This document shows, one piece after another, positions 29,772-37,370 of a stretch of 37,370 nucleotides of DNA. A model generated the notes under the pieces. That model saw nothing but the letters and a program-made list of their open reading frames with translations. It ran no database searches and was not told where the DNA came from. The position numbers and the translations under genes are program-made. Every line of letters begins with the position of its first letter. Within the stretch, counting starts at the first letter, position 1. The stretch is from Deltaproteobacteria bacterium (GTDB lineage Bacteria > Myxococcota_A > UBA9160 > SMWR01), in assembly GCA_029261905.1 (NCBI GenBank), contig JAJDAM010000109.1:1-37370 (forward strand). Direction: 5' to 3'.

Positions 29772-31043
29772 TTGGACCGTTCCTTCTTCAAGAATTCGAC
29801 CCTATTGGATCCCGAAGCCGCAGAACCACTTCGCTGCGGCTTGCTGGTGGAGGACGGCAGAATCGTCGCCCATATCCCGCATGGGCAGCCCGAGCCGACC
29901 GCGGCGAAGCCCATCGAGCTCGATGGTGCATATCTGGCGCCAGGGTTCATCGATCTGCACTACCACGGAAGCATGCCTCTTTGTGACGCGACCGGTTACG
30001 ACTCCGCGATACGTGCGTCATCCGCGTCATTGGTTCGATCTGGAACCACCGCGTTTCTCGCCACCACCGTCGCGACACCACAGATGGAATTGACGCAGAA
30101 CTTGACACACCTCGCGTCATTGCTCTCCAAGCGCAGCTCATGGCCCGGCGCGGTGCCGATTGGGATCCACCTCGAGGGCCCATGGATCAGCGAAGCCGCT
30201 GCGGGCGCGCAACCCAAGCGCGGAATCCGTAGTTGTTTCGTCCACGAGGCCGATCAGGTTCTGGACGCCGCAGAGGATCTGATCCGGCTGGTTACCTTTG
30301 CACCGGAGCTCGAAGGAGTTCGCGAACTGCAACAGCGGCTCGAGCGGGCGAACATCCCCATGGCAATGGGCCACAGCCTGGCCACAGCGAACCAGACCTT
30401 GGCTGCGATCGACCGGGGCGCCAGCCACGTCACCCATTTGTTCAATGCGATGGGGGCGTTACACCACCGGGAGCCGGGTCTCCCGGGCGTCGCACTGAGC
30501 GATGATCGGTTGACCTGTGACCTGATCTGCGACGGAATCCACGTCGACCCGGCTATCGTGAAGCTGGCCGCCAGGGCGAAACGGGATCGGCTCGTGCTGA
30601 TCACCGACCGGATCGAGATACCGGGAACGATGCCGGCCCTCGGCGCGTCAACAGATGCGTCATCAGCTGCGTCAACGGCTGCGTCACGAGCTGCGTCACG
30701 AGCTGCGTCAGAGCACGCGTCATCCAGTATTCCGCCTGCGTCGTCGCCTCCGGCACTTGGGGGTGAACCGGTCTACGACGATGGCACGGCGCTCCGGCTC
30801 GCAGACGGCCGGCTCGCGGGTAGTTCTCTCAGCCTCGATGTGGCGATCCGCAACGCCAGACGATTCGCGGATTGGTCGCTGCTCGAAGCGGTCGCGGCCT
30901 GCACGCTTCGGCCAGCGCGGGTCATCGGGATCGAGGCGGAGCGCGGGACGCTCCGGCCGGGCGCGAGAGCTGACCTGGTGGCGCTCGATGCGTCGGGTGC
31001 CGTACTCGCGACCTGGATCGGGGGAATCAGCCAGACGCCCTGA
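29772..31043 (+). CDS. nagA: N-acetylglucosamine-6-phosphate deacetylase
   Basis: Amidohydrolase motifs GFIDLHYHG, HLEGPWIS, MGHSLAT, THLFNAM, DGIHVDP and GRLAGSSLSLDVAIRN. TTG start. Carries an Ala/Ser-rich insertion encoded by a 12-bp repeat. The 3' end overlaps convergent bioD by 17 bp. Confidence 0.85.
   Translation: MDRSFFKNSTLLDPEAAEPLRCGLLVEDGRIVAHIPHGQPEPTAAKPIELDGAYLAPGFIDLHYHGSMPLCDATGYDSAIRASSASLVRSGTTAFLATTVATPQMELTQNLTHLASLLSKRSSWPGAVPIGIHLEGPWISEAAAGAQPKRGIRSCFVHEADQVLDAAEDLIRLVTFAPELEGVRELQQRLERANIPMAMGHSLATANQTLAAIDRGASHVTHLFNAMGALHHREPGLPGVALSDDRLTCDLICDGIHVDPAIVKLAARAKRDRLVLITDRIEIPGTMPALGASTDASSAASTAASRAASRAASEHASSSIPPASSPPALGGEPVYDDGTALRLADGRLAGSSLSLDVAIRNARRFADWSLLEAVAACTLRPARVIGIEAERGTLRPGARADLVALDASGAVLATWIGGISQTP
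30645..30728 (+). repeat. In-frame 12-bp tandem repeat (GCGTCANNNNNN) x7 inside nagA
   Basis: GCGTCA recurs every 12 bp at 30645, 30657, 30669, 30681, 30693, 30705 and 30717. Encodes ASTD ASSA ASTA ASRA ASRA ASEH ASSS. Confidence 0.9.
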
Positions 31044-31749
31044 GGTCGTCGGTCCGCCGCAGGAGGGCGTCCAAATCGATCGGCGATCCGGGAGAACTTC
31101 CCCCTGCCTCTGGCTGTTTCGCGCCGGTATGCCCACGCGGTGGAATCTCGCCCAACAACCGATCGCCCAGAAGTGACCGCAGAGCTCCGAGATTGGCTGC
31201 GTCGGCGGCACTCAGTACCCCGTCCGCGTGCGATATCACCACCCCGACTACGTCGAGGCCGCGCTGCTCGGCGACCTCCAGACTCAGTCGCGTGTGGTTG
31301 ATGGTGCCCAACGCGGCGCGCGCGACCAACAGCGCGGGAAGCGAGAGCTCCAGCGCCAGATCCAACATGTCGAACTGCTCGTCGATGGGTACCAACAGCC
31401 CGCCGGCGCCTTCGGCGACGACGAAATCGCTGCCGCCGCATACCCGTTCGTATGCCGATCGAATCGCGGATCGATCGACACGTCGGCCGGCCGAAGCGGC
31501 TGCGACCGAAGGAGCTACCGGCAACTCGAACTGCTGGGGACACACGTCTTCGATCGGGTCGCGATCGCCCGCCGCTTCGCGCAGCGCGATCGCATCCGCC
31601 GGACCGTCAACGCCGACGCCTGTCTCGATCGGCTTGATGACGGCCGTCTCGATTCCGCGCGCGCGCAATTGGCGGACCAATTGGCAGGCCACCACGGTCT
31701 TTCCCACACCGGTGTCGGTGCCGGTTACGAATACGCCTCGGTGCGTCAC
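31027..31749 (-). CDS. bioD: Dethiobiotin synthase (ATP-dependent)
   Basis: VFVTGTDTGVGKTVVACQLVRQLRARGIETAVIKPIETG plus VAEGAGGLLVP. The GTG at 31749, 19 nt after the bioF stop and preceded by GAGG, is preferred over the track start at 31851, which lies inside bioF. 240 aa. Confidence 0.85.
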   Translation of the reverse strand: MTHRGVFVTGTDTGVGKTVVACQLVRQLRARGIETAVIKPIETGVGVDGPADAIALREAAGDRDPIEDVCPQQFELPVAPSVAAASAGRRVDRSAIRSAYERVCGGSDFVVAEGAGGLLVPIDEQFDMLDLALELSLPALLVARAALGTINHTRLSLEVAEQRGLDVVGVVISHADGVLSAADAANLGALRSLLGDRLLGEIPPRGHTGAKQPEAGGSSPGSPIDLDALLRRTDDLRASG

Positions 31750-31768
31750 CGCCTGCGGCCGCCTCGGT

Positions 31769-32977
31769 TCATGAAGGGCTCTTCGAACACGGAGCCGTTG
31801 CCGTCTCTCGCTGCTGATCCAACGCTTTGTCGATGGCGACGACCAGTTCATCGATCTCTTCGGGCCTGTGGGTCGCCATCACCGTGAGGCGCAGGCGCGC
31901 CAGCCCTTCCGGGACCGACGGGTGACGAATTCCCTGCGCGTAGTAGCCGTTCTGAAGCAGGTGCTCGCAGACCGCCATCGTCCGCTGATTCGAGCCGGTG
32001 ATGACCGGTACGATGTGAGTCGTACTCGGTTCGGTGGAAATGCCGCGCGCCAGCAGCCCATCGCGCAGTCGCGCCGCATTGCGCGCGAGGTCGCGGCGCC
32101 TCCACGGCTCCCGGATCACGAGTTCGATCGCCTTTCGGGCAGCGGCCACCTGAGGCGGAGCCAGCGCACAACTGAACACGAAACTCCGCGCGGTATTGAC
32201 CAGCAACTCGCGGAGCAACGCGCTCCCGGCGACGAACGCGCCGAACGATCCCAGGGATTTTCCGAGCGTGCCGAGCACGATATCGACCTCGCCCTCGACG
32301 CGGCATTGTTCGACGGCGCCTCGACCGGCTTCGCCGAGCGTCCCGATGCCATGCGCGTCGTCGACGAGGACCGTTGCCCCAAAGCGTCTTGCCAGCGGTA
32401 CCAGATCGTGGAGCGGCGCGACATCGCCATCCATGCTGTAGACACCGTCGACTGCCACCAACACGTGGCGGTCGCTCGACGCGACCTCGCGTAATACCGC
32501 TTCGAGCCCGTCGAGATCACCATGCGGAAACACGCGCACGTCCGCGCGCGCCAACCGACACCCATCGATGATCGATGCGTGACTGAGCGAATCCGAAACG
32601 ACGACATCGCCCTCTTTCGCGAGCGCGGGGATGACGCCGACGTTGGCCATGTAACCGCTCCCGAAAGCGAGTGCTGCTTCCGTGCCGCAGAAAGCCGCGA
32701 GCTCCTCTTCCAGCGCTTCGTGAATTTCGAGGTTGCCGTTGATGAGCCGAGAGCCACCCGCCGCACATCCCAGATCCCGTGCCGCCTGCGCGGACGCCTC
32801 GGCTACCTCGGGATGATGGGCCAGGTCGAGATAGTTGCTACCGGCAAAGATGCCGACTTCGCGCCCGTCCACACTCATTCGCGTACCCTGGGCACCCGCG
32901 AGCACCCGCATGCGACGGTGCGTTCCACGAGCGCGAAGCGCGTCGAGCGCATCTGCGGCGAACGAATCGAGTTCCAT
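31769..32977 (-). CDS. bioF: 8-amino-7-oxononanoate synthase
   Basis: 402 aa PLP enzyme with GSGYMANVGVIPAL, VLVDDAHGIGTLG and the PLP-lysine region GTLGKSLGSFGAFVAG. Confidence 0.9.
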   Translation of the reverse strand: MELDSFAADALDALRARGTHRRMRVLAGAQGTRMSVDGREVGIFAGSNYLDLAHHPEVAEASAQAARDLGCAAGGSRLINGNLEIHEALEEELAAFCGTEAALAFGSGYMANVGVIPALAKEGDVVVSDSLSHASIIDGCRLARADVRVFPHGDLDGLEAVLREVASSDRHVLVAVDGVYSMDGDVAPLHDLVPLARRFGATVLVDDAHGIGTLGEAGRGAVEQCRVEGEVDIVLGTLGKSLGSFGAFVAGSALLRELLVNTARSFVFSCALAPPQVAAARKAIELVIREPWRRRDLARNAARLRDGLLARGISTEPSTTHIVPVITGSNQRTMAVCEHLLQNGYYAQGIRHPSVPEGLARLRLTVMATHRPEEIDELVVAIDKALDQQRETATAPCSKSPS

Positions 32978-33009
32978 GGTCGGAGCTAGCCCAGGCGATT
33001 CGTCACGAG

Positions 33010-34077
33010 TCAGACGGGCCGTGCGATCTCGGGTTTCAGGATTTCGCCGTCACGGCCGGACAGACGGAAACCCGGTTCGTCGCTGGCCGATGCGTATTGC
33101 GCATTGCCCTCGATTTCGAATCCAGCTTCTCGAATCATCCGATAAGTGTCGGCGACCGTGTCCCCGCGCGTGGTGAGGTATCCCTCGACGAACAGCGAGT
33201 TGGCAGGCCACAACGCCAACGCCTCGAGCGAGCGCAGGTGACCCTCGCGTCCACCGGCCGCGCGAATTTCGGCGCGCGGATTGACGAGCCGCACCATCGC
33301 GAGTGTTCGCAGGCATCGTTCGGGTGTCAGCGTTCCATCGGACAGCACGCGATTGCCTTCGATCGGGATCAGGAAATTGACCGGGATCGACGGCACCTCG
33401 AGTTCGCGCAGCCGAAACGCCAGCTCGACCACGTCTGCGGTCGTTTCACCCATCCCGAGGATGAAGCCGCTGCAGCTCTGGATGCCCGCGCGCTTGGCGG
33501 CGGACAGCGTGTCGAGTCGGTCCTGATACGTGTGCGTCGAGCAGATCTCGCCGTAGTGGGATTCACTGGTGTTGAGGTTGTGGTTCAACCGGTCGAGTCC
33601 GGCTTCGCCGAGGATGCGGGCGTGCTCGTCGCCGAGCAGGCCCGCCGAAACGCAGACCTCGATCGGGTGGCGGCGTTTCACTTCCCGAATCAGTCCCGCG
33701 AGCTTCTTGGCGCGTTCGATGCTCGGCCCCCGCCCCGACAGAACCATGCAGTATCGGCTGGCACCGGATTTGGCTGCGGCTTCCGCTTCGGCCAGGATTT
33801 CTTCGTCGCTCTTGATCGGGTATTTGCGGATCGGGGCGTCGGTATCGCTCGATTGCGAGCAATACCCGCAATCTTCCGGGCACAGACCGTTCTGAATGTT
33901 GTTCAGAACATGGACCATCACCTTTCGACCGAAATGGCGTTCTCGAGGCTGAAGGGCGGCGTGCAACAGCGGCAGCAATTCGACATCGTCTGCATCGAGC
34001 ATCCACTCGCAATCGGCTTGGCTCGGAGCTTCGTCACGTAGCGCGCGCTGGGCGAGAGATGCGTATCGTTCGAACAC
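33010..34077 (-). CDS. bioB: Biotin synthase (radical SAM)
   Basis: CPEDCGYCSQS radical-SAM cluster motif, then YCMVLSGRG, NHNLNTS, GFILGMGET and PVNFLIPIEG. GTG start with SD GGAGG. Confidence 0.95.
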   Translation of the reverse strand: MFERYASLAQRALRDEAPSQADCEWMLDADDVELLPLLHAALQPRERHFGRKVMVHVLNNIQNGLCPEDCGYCSQSSDTDAPIRKYPIKSDEEILAEAEAAAKSGASRYCMVLSGRGPSIERAKKLAGLIREVKRRHPIEVCVSAGLLGDEHARILGEAGLDRLNHNLNTSESHYGEICSTHTYQDRLDTLSAAKRAGIQSCSGFILGMGETTADVVELAFRLRELEVPSIPVNFLIPIEGNRVLSDGTLTPERCLRTLAMVRLVNPRAEIRAAGGREGHLRSLEALALWPANSLFVEGYLTTRGDTVADTYRMIREAGFEIEGNAQYASASDEPGFRLSGRDGEILKPEIARPV

Positions 34078-34139
34078 GGGGACCTCCGGGTTTCTGGGTT
34101 CGCAGGCAGAATCTGCAGGAAATCAGCCCCGTTGGGGCC

Positions 34140-34169
34140 TGTCAACCTCTCTGTGAACACAGGTTGACA
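34140..34169. promoter_or_regulatory. BirA-type biotin operator (TGTCAACC-N14-GGTTGACA)
   Basis: Perfect inverted repeat in the bioB-radA divergent spacer, 63 nt upstream of the bioB start. Extended arms are CTGTCAACCT / AGGTTGACAG. It fits the TGTnAACC-N14-16-GGTTnACA BirA signal, and each arm contains a TTGACA -35-like hexamer. Confidence 0.7.
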
Positions 34170-34205
34170 GCGACCCCCAACCAGCGGGCCGTTACACTTC
34201 GCCTC

Positions 34206-35591
34206 GTGGCTCGACCCCGATCCGTCTATATGTGCACCCAGTGCGGCGGCCAGCAGCCCAAATGGATGGGTCGCTGTCCTTCGTGCGGGGCCTGGGAGAC
34301 GCTGGTCGAGGAACTGCGGGCTGCAGCCGCCACGGGCCGCGCGCTCGATCTCGTCGTCGTGGACGGCAAGCGCACCGATGTCGTCCAACTGGGCGAAGTC
34401 GACACCTCTGGGACCGCTCGAATCGAGACGGGTATCGCGGAGTTGGACCGGGTATTGGGAGGCGGCCTGGTACCGGGGTCGGTCGTGCTGCTCGCCGGTG
34501 AACCCGGGGTCGGAAAATCGACGCTGGCGTTGCAGGTCGCCGCGGAACTGAAATCGAACGCACCGGTTCTCTATGTGACCGGCGAGGAGAGCCTCGAGCA
34601 GCTGCGACTGAGGGCCGATCGACTGCCCAAGGTCCCTGCCGAATTGCTGGTGATGGCGGAGACCCGCGTCGAAGCGATGCAGGCACCGTGGCTCGAATAT
34701 TCACCTGCGGTCGTGGTGATCGATTCGATCCAGACGCTTCGAACCGACCGCGCCGAGTCCGCGCCCGGTTCGGTCACTCAGGTTCGCGAGTGCGCGGCTG
34801 CGCTGTCGAATGCGGCGAAATCGCAGCGCACCGCATTGCTGCTGGTCGGCCACGTCACCAAGGACGGCGCTGTCGCCGGGCCGCGCGTACTCGAGCATCT
34901 GGTCGATGTCGTGTTGGGATTCGAGGGGGATCGGGGCCATGCTTTCCGACTGCTGAGGGCCAGCAAGAATCGGTTTGGCTCTACGCAGGAAGTGGGCGTC
35001 TTCACGATGACCGAGCGTGGGCTCGAAGGGGTCCCGAACCCGAGTGAACTGTTCCTGGCCGAGCGCCGCGCAGGAGCCGCTGGTTCGTGTATCGCACCGA
35101 TCGTCGAGGGGACTCGGCCGATGTTGGTCGAGATCCAGGCGCTGGTTGCGTCTGCCGGTTACGGAACCGCGCGACGCACGACGATCGGCTTCGACGACGG
35201 TCGGTTGGCACTGCTGTTGGCGGCTCTGGACCGGAAGAGCGACGTCGATGTGTTGAGCAGTGACGTCTACGTGAACGTCGCGGGTGGCGTTCGCATCAGC
35301 GAGCCCGGCTCGGATCTCGCCGTCGCGCTGGCACTCGCTTCCAGCCAGCTCAACAAGCCGTTGCCAGCCGATGTGGCCGCCTGCGGCGAGATCGGGCTCG
35401 GGGGCGAGATCCGACGCGTCGCCCGAATCGATTTACGGGTTCGCGAGGCAATCCGGTTGGGATTTCGACGCGTCTTGATTCCCGCTGGCGTCGAGCTTCC
35501 CGCCGCCATCGAGAAGGAAGCCGACTTGATCCGGGTCGACGATGTGGCGGCGGCGGTCAGCTGGTTGCGCGCTTCGAGCTTTCGCGAGTGA
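34206..35591 (+). CDS. radA: DNA repair protein RadA (Sms)
   Basis: Zinc ribbon CTQCGGQQPKWMGRCPSCGAW, Walker A GEPGVGKSTL, the RadA motif KNRFGSTQEVGVFTM and a Lon-like C-terminal domain. The GTG at 34206 gives the usual roughly 9 residues before the first Cys; the ATG at 34230 is the alternative. The track start at 34059 overlaps bioB. Confidence 0.9.
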   Translation: MARPRSVYMCTQCGGQQPKWMGRCPSCGAWETLVEELRAAAATGRALDLVVVDGKRTDVVQLGEVDTSGTARIETGIAELDRVLGGGLVPGSVVLLAGEPGVGKSTLALQVAAELKSNAPVLYVTGEESLEQLRLRADRLPKVPAELLVMAETRVEAMQAPWLEYSPAVVVIDSIQTLRTDRAESAPGSVTQVRECAAALSNAAKSQRTALLLVGHVTKDGAVAGPRVLEHLVDVVLGFEGDRGHAFRLLRASKNRFGSTQEVGVFTMTERGLEGVPNPSELFLAERRAGAAGSCIAPIVEGTRPMLVEIQALVASAGYGTARRTTIGFDDGRLALLLAALDRKSDVDVLSSDVYVNVAGGVRISEPGSDLAVALALASSQLNKPLPADVAACGEIGLGGEIRRVARIDLRVREAIRLGFRRVLIPAGVELPAAIEKEADLIRVDDVAAAVSWLRASSFRE

Positions 35592-35667
35592 CGCGTAGAG
35601 ACATGTTCACACGCCTGGGAACAACAGTTAACCACACGTTTTTCCATGGTTTTTGGCATTTCTAGCT

Positions 35668-35696
35668 TTGACAGGAGATGCCCGGCCGGCTAGCCT
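35668..35696 (+). promoter_or_regulatory. Sigma70-like promoter (TTGACA-17 nt-TAGCCT) placed for a leaderless transcript
   Basis: TTGACA at 35668-35673, a 17-nt spacer and TAGCCT at 35691-35696. The ATG at 35705 lies 8 nt after the -10 box. Motif-only prediction. Confidence 0.35.
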
Positions 35697-35704
35697 GCCG
35701 CCCG

Positions 35705-36745
35705 ATGACGCAGCCCTCCACCGCGTCCGAGGTTTTCTCCGCATCCGTCGAACGGATCTCGGCGGGTCTACGACTCGTTGAACGCGCGATGCACGAGCAG
35801 CTCCATTCCACCAGCGGTCTGGTGGGTTTGATGGGCGAGCACGTGCTCAGTTCCGGCGGCAAGCGGATTCGGCCAGCGCTGCTGTTGTTGGCGGCCGAGA
35901 TGTGTGGGTACACCGGATCGAGACGTATCCAGGTCGGCGCGGCCGTCGAGCTGCTCCACACTGCGACACTGCTGCACGATGACGTCGTGGACTTCTCCGA
36001 ACTGCGGCGAGGAAAGCCGTCTGCCAACGCGCTTTGGGGCAATCGACGGGCCGTCTTGTCGGGCGACTTCTTTTACGCGCGTGCGTCCGCGATGATCGTC
36101 GAAGATGGCAACCTGGACATCTTGTGGATTTTCGCCAATACGATCCGCAACATGGCCGAGGGCGAGCTGCTCCAGCTCGAACGCAGCTACGACCCGACGA
36201 TTACCGAGTCGCACTACTTCCGGGTCATCGAGCGCAAGAGCGCGGTGTTGTTGTCTGCAGCCACAGAAGCGGGTGCGATCCTGGGTGACGTAACGCGCGC
36301 CGAGAGGCGGCGGCTGGCCGACTTCGGTCGAGAGCTCGGTCTCGCGTTTCAATTGCGCGACGACGCACTGGACTACGAAGCGGCAGAGGCTGAACTGGGC
36401 AAGCCGCAGCACAACGACATTCGCGAGGGCAAGGTGACGTTGCCGCTGTTGTTGACCCTCAAACGCTGCGAACCCACCGAGCGCGACCGCATTGCGACGT
36501 TGTTGAAGACTGCGGCGCGTCTGACGGAAGACAGCCTCAGTGGCGTCGGCGAATCCGATGTCGACGAGCTCGACGTCAGTCCAGCCCTCGAGCTCATCGC
36601 GCGCTACCGCGGCGTTGAGGACACGGTTCGCCGTGCCGAAGAACACGCGGCCAAGGCTGCCGCGGCCATCGCCCCGTTCCCAGACAGCAGGTCCAAGGCC
36701 GATTTATTGGCCGCCGCGGAGTTCTCAGTTCAAAGAGATCGGTGA
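35705..36745 (+). CDS. Long-chain trans-polyprenyl diphosphate synthase (octaprenyl/heptaprenyl type)
   Basis: First DDxxD LLHDDVVDF with RRGKPS, second AFQLRDDALDY, and GKPQHNDIREGKVTLP. 346 aa from the ATG at 35705; the alternative ATG is at 35678. Chain length cannot be read from the sequence. Confidence 0.85.
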   Translation: MTQPSTASEVFSASVERISAGLRLVERAMHEQLHSTSGLVGLMGEHVLSSGGKRIRPALLLLAAEMCGYTGSRRIQVGAAVELLHTATLLHDDVVDFSELRRGKPSANALWGNRRAVLSGDFFYARASAMIVEDGNLDILWIFANTIRNMAEGELLQLERSYDPTITESHYFRVIERKSAVLLSAATEAGAILGDVTRAERRRLADFGRELGLAFQLRDDALDYEAAEAELGKPQHNDIREGKVTLPLLLTLKRCEPTERDRIATLLKTAARLTEDSLSGVGESDVDELDVSPALELIARYRGVEDTVRRAEEHAAKAAAAIAPFPDSRSKADLLAAAEFSVQRDR

Positions 36746-36878
36746 GCCGAAGCGGGGGAAACCCCGACCGATATTGCCCGTCCGGGCCAGACCCAGCCCT
36801 TGCGTTTCGAGTCGAACCCCTCCCGAAGGGGCACCGACCCCCAATTTCTCGCCCCGTTGGTCCCGGGAGCAACAAGAC

Positions 36879-37217
36879 ATGAACAGCAACACAAACCGTG
36901 GGCGAGCGCTGGTGCTCGCCTTTGTCACGACCCTGATCGCCACGTTGGCCTTGGTGGCGGGCCCGAGTTTCGCGGCGGGTGATTCCGAAAGGCTCACCGG
37001 CACGGTCAACGTCAACACCGCAACGGCAGACCAGCTCCAACTGCTGCCGGGTATTGGCGAAAGCCGCGCGAAGGCGGTCATCGAGATGAGAAAGACCCGC
37101 GGCGGCTTCAAGTCGGTCACCGAGCTGACAGACGTGAAGGGGATCGGGGAAGCAGCTCTCGCGAAGCTGCGTCCGTTCGCTCGCGTCGAGGGAAAGACGA
37201 CCGCTCGACTCGACTGA
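36879..37217 (+). CDS. comEA: ComEA-family helix-hairpin-helix DNA-binding protein
   Basis: The ATG at 36879 gives a signal/anchor segment (RALVLAFVTTLIATLALVAGPSFA), then VNVNTATADQLQLLPGIGESRAKAVIEMR...LTDVKGIGEAALAKL. 112 aa. The track start at 36540 lies inside the upstream gene. Confidence 0.8.
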   Translation: MNSNTNRGRALVLAFVTTLIATLALVAGPSFAAGDSERLTGTVNVNTATADQLQLLPGIGESRAKAVIEMRKTRGGFKSVTELTDVKGIGEAALAKLRPFARVEGKTTARLD

Positions 37218-37370
37218 AGGTTCGGACCCACCAACGGGGTCCCCCCACCAGGGGGTCGGTGGGATTCCACCGGCCCCCTCTTCGCCGCGTCTGCGCCCCT
37301 GCCCCTGGCGCCGCCGGCCCCGGCGAAATACCAATAGGCCCATGATCAGGCCTCTGGTCGATCAGTGCAG

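Noticed and set aside
32779-34041. 420-aa ORF antisense to bioF/bioB
   Set aside because: Shadow ORF. bioF and bioB carry diagnostic PLP and radical-SAM motifs on the minus strand.
35768-36646. 292-aa ORF antisense to the polyprenyl synthase
   Set aside because: Shadow frame. The plus-strand gene has both DDxxD motifs.
37218-37270. GC-rich imperfect hairpins after comEA as a terminator
   Set aside because: The stems are short and interrupted (CCCACC...GGTGGG with inner CCCCC-ACCA-GGGGG) and no U-tract follows. This is too weak to annotate.

Overview
GC-rich bacterial chromosomal segment that reads as an origin-proximal housekeeping region. Synteny (parAB followed by a bactofilin, split atp operons, symmetric parS) suggests a Myxococcota/deltaproteobacterium-like genome; this is an inference only. 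Ten consecutive minus-strand genes (SAM-methyltransferase, tmk, atpZ-atpI-atpB-atpE, hemL, gyrA, gyrB, dnaN) diverge from sixteen consecutive plus-strand genes (rpmH-rnpA-yidD-yidC-jag, rsmG-parA-parB-bactofilin, atpF'-atpF-atpH-atpA-atpG-atpD-atpC) at a 448-bp spacer (14630-15077). The flanks hold uvrA (5' partial) on the left. On the right are a hypothetical gene, nagA, bioB-bioF-bioD, radA, a polyprenyl diphosphate synthase and comEA. rpmH (49 aa) is missing from the ORF track and was found by eye. Many track ORF starts are upstream over-extensions and were trimmed. I found no rRNA/tRNA, CRISPR array, transposase, integrase, phage, toxin-antitoxin or defence gene. I therefore see no support for a novel multi-gene system in this window. 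What the gene list does not explain is mostly non-coding. (1) dnaA and recF are absent from their usual slots at the strand-switch point, which has an AT-rich tract but no canonical DnaA box. (2) Four perfect parS-type palindromes sit upstream of rsmG-parAB, interleaved with a second unexplained repeated motif. (3) The spacers in front of atpE, atpF', atpA and atpD are unusually long and repeat-built, and most are A/C- or purine-rich. (4) The Fo subunits c, b' and b all carry signal-peptide-like N-terminal extensions. (5) A textbook BirA operator lies between bioB and radA. (6) Short in-frame tandem repeats occur inside uvrA, jag and nagA. All coordinates and counts were derived by hand from the sequence, and no database search was possible.
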